Positions 1-11,847 of a stretch of 64,000 bases of DNA are shown here, piece after piece. Each line of letters begins with the position of its first letter. Position 1 is the stretch's first letter. This stretch comes from a bacterium HR24 (GTDB taxonomy: Bacteria > Chloroflexota > Dehalococcoidia > SM23-28-2 > HRBIN24), in the NCBI GenBank assembly GCA_002898715.1, contig BEIA01000001.1:1994-65993 (forward strand), in the 5' to 3' direction. Below the pieces are notes generated by a model, which was given only the letters and a program-made list of their open reading frames with translations, had not been told where the DNA came from and did no database searches. Position numbers and translations under genes: made by a program.

Positions 1-225
1 TCCGTGGCCTCACATCCTCCTACAGCGGTAGATACAGAGGGCTGCACAGGGCATACCATCAATGCTAGACCTTGTCGCCATTGATACCTCGATGGCCGCC
101 TATGTCAAGGCTTGCCGAGCCCCATCCCGTATAGCCCCATCGTGCAGCGACTACGCTCAAGGGCGTCGACGCTGCCTTGGCCGTCCTTGACGCCGCAACG
201 GCAGCGGTGATAAAGTTATCCTTGG

Positions 226-252
226 TTAGCACTCTCGGGTCGAGAGTGCTAA
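226..252 (+). promoter_or_regulatory. CIRCE operator (HrcA binding site) upstream of hrcA
   Basis: Perfect inverted repeat TTAGCACTC-N9-GAGTGCTAA at 226-252, immediately before the hrcA start at 275. Confidence 0.85.
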
Positions 253-274
253 ACGGCAAGGGGGTGTCAGCGGG

Positions 275-1291
275 ATGCTGACGGAGCGGCGGGCCGCCGT
301 CCTGCGCTCCATCGTCGACGAGTACATAGACTCGGCCCAGCCCGTGGCCTCGCGCACGGTGGCCCTCAAGTATCTGGCCCACGTCTCGCCAGCCACCATC
401 CGCAACGAGATGATGCGGCTGGAAGAGGAGGGCTATATCTCTCAGCCCCACACCTCCGCCGGCCGCGTCCCCTCCGATAAGGGCTACCGCTACTACGTGG
501 AGCGCCTCATGCGCGAGGAGGCCCCCTCCCGCGAGATGGGCCTAATGGTCCGCCATCAGTTCCACCAGGTGGAGGAGCGGCTGGAGGACTGGGCCCGGCT
601 GGCAGCGGTGGTCCTCTCCGCCCACGTCCAGGCGGTGGCGGTGGTGACGGCGCCCCGCACCCGGCCCGCCCGACTGCGCTGGCTGGAGCTGGTGAAGCTG
701 CAGGAGCTTCTGGCCCTGCTGGTGGTGGTGCTGCAGCATGCCCAGGTGCGCCAGCAGCTCCTGGCCCTGCCCGAGGCCCGGGAGCAGGACGAGCTCTCAG
801 CGCTGGCCCGTTCCCTCAGCGAGCGCTTCGCTGGCCTGGGCGCTCAGGAGGTGCGCAGCCGGCTGGAGGGCCTCCCAGAGGTGGAGCGGTCGGTCATGGA
901 GGCCGTGGCCTCCATCCTCGAGGCCGAAGACCGCGCCAGCCACGAGGCAGCGGCGGTGGAAGGGTTGCGGGACGTCCTCCACCAGCCCGAATTCGAGGAG
1001 CGGGAGCGGGTGCTCGGCCTGCTGGAGTTCCTAGAGGGCAGCCGCCTGGGCCGCCTCCTGCCCTTCCCCACACCACAGCGGGGGCAGGTCCAGGTCATCA
1101 TCGGCAGCGAGCACCCCGAGGCGTCCCTGCGCCACTACAGCGTGGTGGCAGCGGCCTACGGCCTGCCCGGTGCCGTGGGGGCAGTGGCCCTGGTGGGCCC
1201 CACCCGCCTCCGCTATGGCCGCGCCGTGGGCATGGTCCGCTTCGTGGCCTCCTTGCTGGACGAACTCATCGCCGCCAGTTTCGGGGGGTAG
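275..1291 (+). CDS. hrcA: Heat-inducible transcription repressor HrcA
   Basis: 338-aa ORF; N-terminal winged-helix (LTERRAAVLRSIVDEYIDSAQPVASRTV) and overall HrcA-like sequence; CIRCE upstream; followed by grpE-dnaK. Confidence 0.9.
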   Translation: MLTERRAAVLRSIVDEYIDSAQPVASRTVALKYLAHVSPATIRNEMMRLEEEGYISQPHTSAGRVPSDKGYRYYVERLMREEAPSREMGLMVRHQFHQVEERLEDWARLAAVVLSAHVQAVAVVTAPRTRPARLRWLELVKLQELLALLVVVLQHAQVRQQLLALPEAREQDELSALARSLSERFAGLGAQEVRSRLEGLPEVERSVMEAVASILEAEDRASHEAAAVEGLRDVLHQPEFEERERVLGLLEFLEGSRLGRLLPFPTPQRGQVQVIIGSEHPEASLRHYSVVAAAYGLPGAVGAVALVGPTRLRYGRAVGMVRFVASLLDELIAASFGG

Positions 1292-1297
1292 ATAGCT

Positions 1298-1879
1298 TTG
1301 GCCGAGGAGCAGAAAGTCTCCCAGGAGCGTCCGGCCCAGGGGCAGGCGACGCCCCAGGAAGAGGTTGACGACCTGCGCTCCCAGCTCGAGTCCGCCCGCA
1401 GTGAGGCCCAGCGCTACCTAGACAACTGGCGCCGGGCCGAGGCCGACTTCGCCAACTACAAGAAGCGGGTCGAACAGGAGAGGGAGGAGACCCGACGCTT
1501 CGCTAACGCCTCCCTCATCATCAACATACTGCCGGTGCTGGACGACCTGGAGCGCGCGCTCCAGAGCCTAGACGCCCGTCTGGCGGGCCTCACCTGGTTC
1601 GATGGCATCCGTCTCATCTATCGCAAGCTCCAGGCCGTCCTGGAGAGCGCCGGCGTCAAGGAGATCCCGGCCGATGGCCAGCCCTTCGACCCCCGCTACC
1701 ACGAGGCCATCCACTATGCCGAGGGCGATGAGGGCAAGGTGCTGGCGGTGGTGCAGAAGGGCTACACCTTGCACGACCGCGTCCTGCGCCCGGCCCTGGT
1801 CATAGTGGGCAAGCGTCTGACCGAGAGCGGCGGAGGCCAGCAGGGCAGCCAGCAGGCCCAGGAGGGAACGACATCATGA
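1298..1879 (+). CDS. grpE: Nucleotide exchange factor GrpE
   Basis: 193 aa; GrpE-like coiled-coil N-term and motif [19 protein letters not shown]; TTG start; classic hrcA-grpE-dnaK order. Confidence 0.9.
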   Translation: MAEEQKVSQERPAQGQATPQEEVDDLRSQLESARSEAQRYLDNWRRAEADFANYKKRVEQEREETRRFANASLIINILPVLDDLERALQSLDARLAGLTWFDGIRLIYRKLQAVLESAGVKEIPADGQPFDPRYHEAIHYAEGDEGKVLAVVQKGYTLHDRVLRPALVIVGKRLTESGGGQQGSQQAQEGTTS

Positions 1880-1916
1880 GCGACCGGTACAGCCAACAGC
1901 AGTGGGGGTGGGCAGC

Positions 1917-3803
<1,887 letters not shown>

Positions 3804-3827
3804 GGCCAGACTGTCACCGCCGCAGCG

Positions 3828-3851
3828 GGGGTGGGACGCGGGGCCCACCCC
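3828..3851 (+). terminator. Possible stem-loop terminator after dnaK
   Basis: GGGGTGGG..CCCACCCC inverted repeat 25 nt after the dnaK stop; weak U-tract (high-GC genome). Confidence 0.3.
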
Positions 3852-3927
3852 TCGCCGCTTCCTCGTCGTTCCTGCAACTAGGCGACGCTGCTAAAATGGG
3901 CCTGGGACTCCACCGAGGGAGGACGCT

Positions 3928-4947
3928 ATGGCCACAGTCGGTCGCACCGCTCTGCCCAAGCTCTGGTGGCAGGCCATCTACACCGTGCCCCAGGTAGATT
4001 TGTCGCGCGTGGACCCGGTAACGCGCTGGTTGGTGCTGTCGCGGGCAGCGGTGGTGGCCATGACGGTGACCTCGGCCGCCATTGGCGGGCTGCTGGCAGC
4101 CAGGGACGGCGTGTTCGACGGCCCCCGCTTCGTGCTGGCCCTGGTAGGGCTGGTGCTCGCCCACCTGGGCTCCAACCTGGTCAACGACCTGGGCGACTAC
4201 TTGCGGGGCATCGACGCGCCCGATTCGCCCCGGGCCCAGTACGGCCCGCACGGCCTGGCCCACGGGGGTGCCTCGCTGGCCCGTTTCGCCCTGGCTACGG
4301 CCCTGGTGCTGGCTGCCGCCACCGCAGTGGGGGTGTGGCTGGTGGTGCTGGCCGGCCCGTGGGTGCTGGCCTTCGCCCTCGGCGGCGCCTTCGTTCTTCT
4401 GTTCTACTCCGGCTTTCCCTGGTCCCTCAAGTACGTGGGCCTGGGTGAGCCCTCGGTGCTGCTGGTGTGGGGCCCGCTGATGGTGGGCGGGACGTACTAC
4501 GTCATGGCCGAGACCGTGCCTGCCCACGTCTGGGTGGCATCCCTCCCCTACGGCCTGGCCGTTACGGCGGTGCTCATGGGCAAGCACATCGACAAGCTGG
4601 AGTTCGACTCCGCTCGCGGCGTCTGGACCATGCCGAGGCTGCTGGGCGAGGCGCGGGCGCGACGCTTCACCCAGGCCCTCATTGTGGCCGGCTATCTGGC
4701 CGCCCTGGCGGTGGCCATCTGGCAGGTCATGCCCGGGCTGCTGCTGGCGGCCCTCGCCCTGCCCGTGGCCAGGCGAGTCCTGGCCGTCTTCCAGCGCCCC
4801 AAGCCGACCCAGCCCCGCCGGCCGGTGCCCGGCTGGCCGTTGTGGTTCGTCAACTTCGCTTTCTACCACACGCGGCAGTTCGGCGCCTATCTGGTAGTGG
4901 GGCTAGCGCTGCAAGTAGCGGTGGAGCGGCTGCTGGACGCTTTCTGA
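3928..4947 (+). CDS. UbiA-family prenyltransferase (MenA-like polytopic membrane protein)
   Basis: 339 aa, multiple hydrophobic helices, Asp-rich motif NDLGDYLRGID typical of the UbiA/MenA family. Confidence 0.65.
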   Translation: MATVGRTALPKLWWQAIYTVPQVDLSRVDPVTRWLVLSRAAVVAMTVTSAAIGGLLAARDGVFDGPRFVLALVGLVLAHLGSNLVNDLGDYLRGIDAPDSPRAQYGPHGLAHGGASLARFALATALVLAAATAVGVWLVVLAGPWVLAFALGGAFVLLFYSGFPWSLKYVGLGEPSVLLVWGPLMVGGTYYVMAETVPAHVWVASLPYGLAVTAVLMGKHIDKLEFDSARGVWTMPRLLGEARARRFTQALIVAGYLAALAVAIWQVMPGLLLAALALPVARRVLAVFQRPKPTQPRRPVPGWPLWFVNFAFYHTRQFGAYLVVGLALQVAVERLLDAF

Positions 4948-5008
4948 GCGCGCTGCGTACACCAAAGCAGGGGGGTAAGTGCCCCCTGCTCCTGCCACCG
5001 CCCCGGGG

Positions 5009-5563
5009 CTAGTCCTGCTTGACCGCCTCCACCTCGAGGTTGATACGCACCGTGTCGGCCACCACCACACCGCCCGTGTCCAGGACGGCGTTCCACTTTA
5101 CGCCGAAGTCGTGCCGGTTGATGGCGGTCTGGGCGCTGAAGCCGATGCGCTCCTTACCCCACGGGTCGCGGGTGCGGCCCAGGTACTCCACGTCCAGGGC
5201 AACCTCCCTGGTCACGTCGCGGATGGTGAGGTCGCCGATGACACGGGCCCTGTCCTCGCCCAGCAGCTCCACCCGCTTGCTGCGGAAGGTGATCTTGGGG
5301 TACTTCTCGGCATTGAGGAAGTCGTCGGAGCGCAGGTGGGCGTCGCGCTGGGGCTCGTTGGTGTCGATGCTGGCCGTGTCGATGGTGACCTCCACGGAGG
5401 AGTTCTCGGGGTTGGTCTCGTCCAGCCGGATGGTGCCCTCGAAGGTGCGGAAGCGCCCCTTCACGGTGGCGACCATCATATGGCGGACGGAGAACTCCAC
5501 CAGGGAGTGGCTGGGGTCGATGACCCAGGTGCTGACAGCAGCCGGCGCAGGTGCAGTGGTCAT
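5009..5563 (-). CDS. yceI: YceI-family periplasmic/lipid-binding protein
   Basis: 184 aa; YceI-like beta-barrel sequence (WVIDPSHSLVEFSVRHMMVATVKGRF...); convergent with the upstream gene. Confidence 0.75.
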   Translation of the reverse strand: MTTAPAPAAVSTWVIDPSHSLVEFSVRHMMVATVKGRFRTFEGTIRLDETNPENSSVEVTIDTASIDTNEPQRDAHLRSDDFLNAEKYPKITFRSKRVELLGEDRARVIGDLTIRDVTREVALDVEYLGRTRDPWGKERIGFSAQTAINRHDFGVKWNAVLDTGGVVVADTVRINLEVEAVKQD

Positions 5564-5706
5564 ACCGTCACCTCCCTCGTCGCTGGTCTCTGTCTCTGGT
5601 TTCCAGGCTAAGGGGCGTGCCTTACTTTGGTCAAGTAGCTAATGAAAGAATAGTACAGCGCCAGCGGTGGGCTTTAGCCTCGGCAGCCGGGTTACAATGT
5701 AGGGGA

Positions 5707-5783
5707 GCGCCCCAGTAGCTCAGTAGGAAGAGCGGCGGCCTCCTAAGCCGCAGGCCGAGGGTTCGAGTCCCTCCTGGGGCGCC
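5707..5783 (+). tRNA. tRNA-Arg (anticodon CCT)
   Basis: Acceptor stem GCGCCCC/GGGGCGC; D-arm AGCTCAGTAGGAAGAGC; anticodon loop CTCCTAA with stem CGGC/GCCG; T-arm GGTTCGAGTCC. Confidence 0.85.
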
Positions 5784-5856
5784 ACTGCGTTGGCCATCGG
5801 CGGGCGCAGGCGCTATAATGAGGGGTGCGAGCGCCAGCAAAGCGGGGGATGGAGCC

Positions 5857-6216
5857 ATGATCAACATGACCGAACGGGCAGCCAGCAAGGCCAAGGAGAT
5901 ACTGGAGCAGAAGGGCATCGGCCCCCAGGGCGGTCTGCGCGTGTTCGTTGTCGGCGGCGGCTGCTCCGGCTACCAGTACGGCATGGCCCTAGCCCGTGAG
6001 GTCGAAGAGGACGACTTCGTCATTGAGAAGGACGGCATCCGCCTGGTGGTGGACCCCGAGAGCGCCGCTCTGCTGGAAGGGGCGGAGATCGACTACGTGG
6101 ACGACCTCATGAAGGCCGGGTTCACCATCTACAACCCCAACGCCGTCCGTACCTGCGCCTGCGGGCACTCCTTCGCCACCGCCGAGGGCGGCGGGGCGCC
6201 CCGGCCCTGCCACTGA
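5857..6216 (+). CDS. Iron-sulfur cluster insertion protein (IscA/ErpA/HesB family)
   Basis: Core RVFVVGGGCSGYQYGM ... CACGHSF with the three conserved Cys; start at MINMTE inside the 5818 ORF. Confidence 0.8.
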   Translation: MINMTERAASKAKEILEQKGIGPQGGLRVFVVGGGCSGYQYGMALAREVEEDDFVIEKDGIRLVVDPESAALLEGAEIDYVDDLMKAGFTIYNPNAVRTCACGHSFATAEGGGAPRPCH

Positions 6217-6367
6217 CGGCATCGGGCACCACTGACGCGCTTGCGGCTCTGGAGCCTGCATCCTCGCTATCTGGACCCCCGGGGCCTGACCGCGCTATGG
6301 CGTTGCCCCTTTACAAGGGCGGGCCGGCCCGCTAGCCTACGAACTGGCCCACCGCCGGAGGTGACCC

Positions 6368-6511
6368 ATGGCCTACTGGATCGTCGTCGGCTCGGAGGAG
6401 AACTTCCGCATCGCTCAAGAGCGAGGTTTCGACATCTTCGGCTTCAACGGCGACGTCACCTCGGCACCGTTGTGGTCCGGTAGGTGGCTCCGCCCAGGCG
6501 TCGCCTGCTGA
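6368..6511 (+). pseudogene. Truncated EVE/PUA-like domain gene fragment (48 codons)
   Basis: MAYWIVVGSEENFRIAQERGFDIFGF resembles the start of EVE-domain proteins, then stops after 48 codons; it lies between the tRNA and the IS fragments, so it is probably a host gene truncated by insertion. Confidence 0.3.
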
Positions 6512-6999
6512 AGGACGCGATCTACCGCGTCGGCCTGGGAAGGAGCGTACCTAGAGACGGCATTCTTGTCCCTAATCACCCCATACTGCCGCTGGCCGCC
6601 GATAAGTGCCATCGCCGGTAGCCGTGCCCGCGACCGCCTGCAGGGCCTTACTTTACACTTGGTCATCAAACTGGTCATCAAAACCTGACCACCCCCTGCC
6701 AGATTTGGGCCGGCCACCCCCAACAGGTCCTGCCCAGGCCTACCGCCATATGACGTGGCGGGGGAGCCGTATCTACTGAAACAGTTGCGAAACAGATGGG
6801 CCGGCGCTGGAACAGTTGGAAACGGTCCGGCAACAAAACTCCGGAGATAAAGTCTGCATATAATGGAAACAGTGTGAAACAGATGGCCCGGCCTCAACAT
6901 GCCCGCTGGCCCTAACAGTCCCGTCGTAGGGAAGGACATGATGAGACGGAGCACGCAAGACCACCGGTTGAGGCCCAGCCCTAAGGCGCATTATGCGCA

Positions 7000-7720
7000 T
7001 TAGACCAGCCGGAGGGTCATGATGGTGTGGGCGAGGATGGCGGCAGCGGTGCGGGTCAGCAGGCCCCGGAAGCTCTTGGCCCTATGGCGAGCAAGGCCCA
7101 GTCGCTCCATGAGCTGCGCCTGCCCCTCTCGGCAGCTGGTCGGCCACGGCCCGCTCATCGACAGCGGCCGGCACAATGGCCTAGGCCCGCACGAGCCTGC
7201 TGGCCAGCTCGCTGCGCAGGGCCAGCCGGAAGCGGCACGTCCACTCGCTGTGGGCGGCATCCCAGCCGAAGCCTGCCACCAGGCCACCAGGCCCCTGCCA
7301 CTGGTCTGCGCCCCGCACCCGGCTGGGGTGCTTGACGGGCAGGGCGGTGGTGTCCACCTGCTGCCAGGGGTCCTCGGGCAGGTTGGCCATCAGGCAGGCC
7401 GGCAGCTCCTCGAAGGCGACGTGCAGCCAGCGCAGGCGACGGGCGAGCTCGCTCTGGCTGGGCAGGTGGGGGAAGCGGTGGCGCCACTCCCGCCTGACCT
7501 CTTCCAGGAAGGCCTTCTCGCTGTGGCAGCCCAGGAGGTGGCGCACCAGGGCGATGGCCAGCAACGTCGGCGTCGCTGCAGGCGGGCTTGGGGCCTGGGC
7601 GGTTGGGGATGCTGACCCTCTCCTCCTCGATGGCGTCGTCAACCAGCACACAAGTGTGGACGAACAGGTCGGCCAGTGGCCGTCAAGACTGGGGGCCTCC
7701 GCAGCTGGGGTTGTCTGCAT
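7000..7720 (-). pseudogene. IS4/IS5-superfamily DDE transposase remnant (frameshifted and internally deleted)
   Basis: ORF 7181-7720 has a DDE_Tnp_1-like N-terminal region (WQQVDTTALPVKH); ORF 7000-7287 in another frame ends with a typical transposase C-terminus (ERLGLARHRAKSFRGLLTRTAAAILAHTIM); total length is too short for an intact gene. Confidence 0.5.
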
Positions 7721-7936
7721 CCCCTTTAGTGCTGCGGTAGGCCTCCACTTCTCAATTCATCTCTAAGGGCGGGGGCCGAGTCAACGCTTCCTCAGGGCGC
7801 CATGGCCTCCTCCCTCCTGGCCACAGGGCCAAAGGACACGCTCCCGAGCAGCGCCGAGAGTCACTCTCCGTCCCTGCCCGAGGACAATATGTCCCGTATG
7901 CGAGGCAGGCTGGGAGGTCACAGGGCCGGCCATCGT

Positions 7937-8979
7937 CTAGGCCATGTAATGGCTCGAGCCCGCCTGCCCCTGGGGAGCAAGGTGCGGGCCCACCTCCCTG
8001 TAGGACCTGCCCGTCCTGAGCATCCAGAAGACGGCCTTGGCGAGCTTCCTTGCCACCGCCACCCTCGCCTTCTGGGTCCCCTTGCCCACCAGGAGCCGCC
8101 GGTAGAACTCCTGCAGGGGCCCAGGCCGCCCCACGGCGCCCGTGCCCGCCTCCACCAGGGCCCACCTGAGGAAGCGGGAGCCCTGCTTGGTGATGGCGCC
8201 GTGCCTTACCGCCCCTCCCGAGGCGTAGGTGGAGGGCACCAGCCCGGCGTAGCTGGCGAGGTGCCTGGCGCTGGGGAAGCGGGAGACGTCCCCTATCTCG
8301 GCCAGCACCAGGAGGGCAAGATAGTAGCCTAGGCCGGGCACGGTGGTGAGCAAGAGGGCCCGCTCGTCCCTCCTGGCCACCTCCCGCACCCTCCCTGCCA
8401 GCAGCTCAAGCTCCTGCCTGAGGGCCGAGAGCAGCCGCAACAGGCCCCCAAGCTCCTCGCCGTAGGGCTCGGGCAGCCTGAGCCCCGCCAGCCACCCGAG
8501 CCCCTTCCTGGAGAAGGGGGTGGGCATGGGCGGCCGCACCGGCAGCCGGTCCAGGAGGGCGTGGATGCGGTCCTTCACCGCCCTCTGCAGGCCCACCAAG
8601 AAGGCCCGGTAGCGCAAAAGCTCCCTCAGGGCCCTCGTCTCCTTGTCGGCCACGTAGGCCCTCGCCACCAGGTCTGCCCGCATCTCCGGGCCAGGATGTG
8701 GGCGTCCGGCCGGTCGCTTCCCCGGCCTGGCCGAGGCTATGGCTCTTGTCTTGTAGGGATGGACGAGGGTCACCTCCAGCCCTGGTCAGAGAGGAGGCCC
8801 ATGGCCCACTCCCAGGCCCTGGTGGCCTCCAGGGCCACCTTGAGCCCTCCGCTCAGGCCCGCAAGGGCCGCAAGCAACCCCTCGGGGCTGCTCTCGGCCC
8901 TCCCCTGCCTCACGGTCCTACCCCTCTCGTCCACCACCGCCAGGTAGGAGTGCCTTCCCCTCAAGGTCCAGGCCCGCAT
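7937..8979 (-). mobile_element. IS110-family transposase gene, split by a frameshift near 8770
   Basis: ORF 8770-8979 is the IS110 N-terminal DEDD domain (YLAVVDERG...LKVALEATRAWEW); ORF 7937-8773 is the C-terminal IS116/IS110/IS902 domain (VPGLGYYLALLVLAEIGDVSRFPSARHLASYAGLVP); the two frames overlap by 4 nt. Confidence 0.75.
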
Positions 8980-9075
8980 AGAACATCTCTCTGGGGCCTC
9001 CTTTCCCTCAGGGTTTCTCTCTTTACCCCCACTGTAGGGCAGGAGGCCCCCGCCCTTATAACATCACGTAACGCG

Positions 9076-10296
9076 CTAACGCAGCGCTTCGCCCGTCTCC
9101 CGCCCCTCGCCACCCACGAGGCGGTCCAGGAGGCGCATGGCCTCCTCGCTGCCGCCCGCCAGCACGTGCGAGTAGACGTCCAGAGTGGTGGACGGCACCC
9201 GATGCCCCAGCAGCTCGGCAACCACCCGCACGCTCACGCCGTGCCCCAGCAGTAGGGATGCCACCAGGTGCCGCAGGTCGTGTACCCGCAGCCCGGCCAT
9301 GCCCAGCCTGGCCGCGGCCTGCCCCAGGTAGTACTGGACCCGGCGGGCGCTCTCCGGCGCCCCGCCCTCCCTCACGAACACATAATCACCGGGGCTGGGC
9401 TCCCGCCCCATCATCTGTCGCCACGCCGCCGCCTGCCGCTCCAGGGCCCGGCAGGCCATGTCCCCGATAGGGATGGTCCTGTCCGAGCCTGCCTTGGCGC
9501 CCCGCTCGTGCACGCCGCCGCTCGTCCGGCTCAGGGTGCGCCTCACCTGGACCAGCCGCCGCTCCAGGTCCACATCCCCCCAGCGCAGCCCCAGCGCCTC
9601 TCCCAACCGCATGCCCGTCGCCGCTATGAGCGCTATCGCCGGCCCCACCGGCGACCCCTCCACCTCCCTGAGCAGCCGCGCCAGGCCCTCCGGCGACGGC
9701 AGCTCGGGCCTGCGCGGCCGGTACACTCCGGGCCTCACCCGAGCGCACGGGTTGTCTGGGAGCAGCCCCATGCTCACTGCATCGTTCAGGGCCTGCCTCA
9801 GCACGGCGTGGATGTTCCTCACCGAACCCTGGCCCAGGCCCCTCTCCCGCGCCCGGAGCAGCACCGCCTGCACGTCCATCGGCGTCAGCTCGCGCAGACG
9901 CAGGTGCCCGATGACCGGCACCAGGTGGTGCTGCACGACGATCCGCTGCCCCTCCACCGTAGCCGGCGCAAGGCCTCCTTCCCGCATCGCCAGCCACCTC
10001 TCCAGATACGCCGCCACCGTCACCCTCCCCGTCCCCCTCGCCTGCCCCAGCCTCCCCTCGTCCCGCCTGCGCAGCAGCTCCGCCCTAACCCGCTGAGCGT
10101 CCTTGTATGTGCCGCGGACGGTCACCCGTATGTACGTCCGCTTCTTCTGGCGCGAGTCGTAGCCCATGTAGACCCGCACGGACCACGAGTTGCTTCCCCG
10201 CTTCTCGATCCCCTCGGGCACGGCCCACCCCCGACGTGCAGCGTGGGTTGTCCACCAGCGCCATCCCGTCACCGGCCCCGCATCTCCTCCTGCCAC
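9076..10296 (-). CDS. int: Tyrosine-type site-specific integrase (phage integrase family)
   Basis: 406 aa; conserved box II/catalytic region HDLRHLVASLLLGHGVSVRVVAELLGH...TLDVYSHV; AP2-like N-terminus; 3' end faces the tRNA-Arg; true start may be an internal Met. Confidence 0.9.
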   Translation of the reverse strand: MAGGDAGPVTGWRWWTTHAARRGWAVPEGIEKRGSNSWSVRVYMGYDSRQKKRTYIRVTVRGTYKDAQRVRAELLRRRDEGRLGQARGTGRVTVAAYLERWLAMREGGLAPATVEGQRIVVQHHLVPVIGHLRLRELTPMDVQAVLLRARERGLGQGSVRNIHAVLRQALNDAVSMGLLPDNPCARVRPGVYRPRRPELPSPEGLARLLREVEGSPVGPAIALIAATGMRLGEALGLRWGDVDLERRLVQVRRTLSRTSGGVHERGAKAGSDRTIPIGDMACRALERQAAAWRQMMGREPSPGDYVFVREGGAPESARRVQYYLGQAAARLGMAGLRVHDLRHLVASLLLGHGVSVRVVAELLGHRVPSTTLDVYSHVLAGGSEEAMRLLDRLVGGEGRETGEALR

Positions 10297-10393
10297 CCGG
10301 CAGCGGCCACCAGGTGGGCAAGCAGGCGCACGGTCAGCCGCACGAGCGCCTCCAGGTCATCGCCGGACCATCCCCCTGCCTCGGCCATCATCT

Positions 10394-11119
10394 TCAGCCG
10401 CCTTCCCCCGTCTTCCCCTTCCCCTCGCCTCCCCCCTCTTCCGGGGGCCACTCCAGGGCCGACAGCAGCGCCCGCCGCGCCCGTCTCACCCGTTCCTGCC
10501 ACGGCATCACCTCCTCCAGCAGCTCCAGCAGCCTCTCCAGCCACTCGTAGACGTCCCGCGGCGTCCGCCACAGGCTGCCCATATTCTGTTCGAACACATG
10601 TTCGGGTGTCAACGGCCCGGCGCCACCCGTCCCCTCCTGCAGCAGCCCGGCCAGCCGCGATGAGAGCGAAGCCGCGACGGGCCACACCTCCTGCAGGACC
10701 GCCAGCTCCCTGTCGCCGCAGCGCCTGAGCCACTCCTCCACCGCCCGCAGCAGGCGCACCCGCCGGGCGAAGGCGTCCTGGGGATGGCGCCATGCCGGCC
10801 CGGGGAAGCGCTGTCCCTCCTCCCCCTCCCCCAGCTTTTCCCATTCCAGCCCCAGCACCTCTGCCACCGCCCGCAGCTTCGCCTCCGAGGTCCACGCCAC
10901 CTCGCCCCACTCCACCCGCCGGATGTAGTCCGCCACCACACCCTGCCTTGCCCCCTGCTCCAGCAGCCGCCGGCTGGCCATCTCCGCCACCTGCTCCCGC
11001 GAGAGCCCCAGCTGCCGCCGCCGCCGGTAGACAGCCCATGCCCTGGCCGGGGTAACCTCCACAAGGTCCCTGCCCCCCATGCGCCGCCGGCCCCTTCGTC
11101 CCGCAGATCCATTCAACAT
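10394..11119 (-). CDS. HTH (XRE-like) DNA-binding regulator, possible element repressor
   Basis: HTH segment QLGLSREQVAEMASRRL near the N-terminus; adjacent to and co-oriented with the integrase; start may be the internal MGGRDL. Confidence 0.45.
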   Translation of the reverse strand: MLNGSAGRRGRRRMGGRDLVEVTPARAWAVYRRRRQLGLSREQVAEMASRRLLEQGARQGVVADYIRRVEWGEVAWTSEAKLRAVAEVLGLEWEKLGEGEEGQRFPGPAWRHPQDAFARRVRLLRAVEEWLRRCGDRELAVLQEVWPVAASLSSRLAGLLQEGTGGAGPLTPEHVFEQNMGSLWRTPRDVYEWLERLLELLEEVMPWQERVRRARRALLSALEWPPEEGGGEGKGKTGEGG

Positions 11120-11358
11120 AGCCGCCTCCTCGCAGCAGGTCCGCTCGCATCCCGGTCGCTGCTATCGTAAGCCATCACGCCCATCTTCGCCCCACCTCCC
11201 CCGCAGCCGTCGCAGACGGCAGATCTCCGCACACCGCCCCCACCACCCCGGCGCCACACTTCCGGCCGCGCGCCCCCCCTTTGACAACCGCTGCTCGAAC
11301 AGATATGCTGAGTGCACAAGGTCGCGAGTGTCACACGACATGGCATGAGACCCTAGAG
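11120..11358. promoter_or_regulatory. Divergent intergenic region between the regulator and the excisionase-like gene (putative genetic switch)
   Basis: ~240-bp gap between oppositely oriented HTH genes, the typical position of phage or ICE switch promoters; no motifs verified. Confidence 0.25.
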
Positions 11359-11847
11359 ATGCGGTCGCAACAGCCGGGCAGCATCCGCTCCATCGCCGCC
11401 AAGCTCGGCATCTCGCCCACCCTCGTATACCGCATCCTGCACGGCACCGCGAGCCCCGAGAGCATCATGGCCTACGGCCCGCTGGTCAACGCGCTGCGCC
11501 AGGGCAACGGCACACACGATGCCGCCCCGTCCGCCACTGCGGCGGCTACGCCCCGGGGGCACGCCACAACGCGCCACCCGCCGGCAGCTGTAGATACGGC
11601 GCTGACCCCTGCCCAGGCAGCCCGCCTCCTTCAGCTAAGCACGCGGACGGTCTACCGCCTTTGCCGGCGCGGTCTCATCCCCCATGCTCGCATCGGCCGC
11701 CTGTACCGCATCTCGCCGCAGGCCGTCCGCTGGATCCTGGCATCGCGAGGCGCCATCCCCATCCAGATGGCCCAGACAACAGGACTGCTGCCGCCCCGCC
11801 CCGAAGGCGTCCCACCGTCCGCCAGGAAACGAGGTGAAGGTCGATGA
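11281..11847 (+). CDS. Excisionase/MerR-like HTH_17 DNA-binding protein
   Basis: C-terminal LTPAQAARLLQLSTRTVYRLCRRGLIPHARIGRLYRISPQAV matches the excisionase/HTH_17 fold; an earlier HTH-like SIAAKLGISPTLVYRIL is also present; start may be at 11359. Confidence 0.5.
   Translation: MTTAARTDMLSAQGRECHTTWHETLEMRSQQPGSIRSIAAKLGISPTLVYRILHGTASPESIMAYGPLVNALRQGNGTHDAAPSATAAATPRGHATTRHPPAAVDTALTPAQAARLLQLSTRTVYRLCRRGLIPHARIGRLYRISPQAVRWILASRGAIPIQMAQTTGLLPPRPEGVPPSARKRGEGR

Noticed and set aside
65-451. 128-aa minus-strand ORF overlapping the CIRCE and the hrcA start
   Set aside because: It is antisense to a well-supported hrcA N-terminus and operator. Its Gly/Arg-rich composition is typical of spurious frames in high-GC DNA.
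5631-5918. 95-aa minus-strand ORF covering the tRNA-Arg
   Set aside because: It overlaps a confident tRNA gene and the iscA start. It has no RBS.
9268-10728. 486-aa Pro/Arg-rich plus-strand ORF across the integrase and regulator
   Set aside because: It is antisense to the integrase, with extreme Pro/Arg/Ala bias and no domains.
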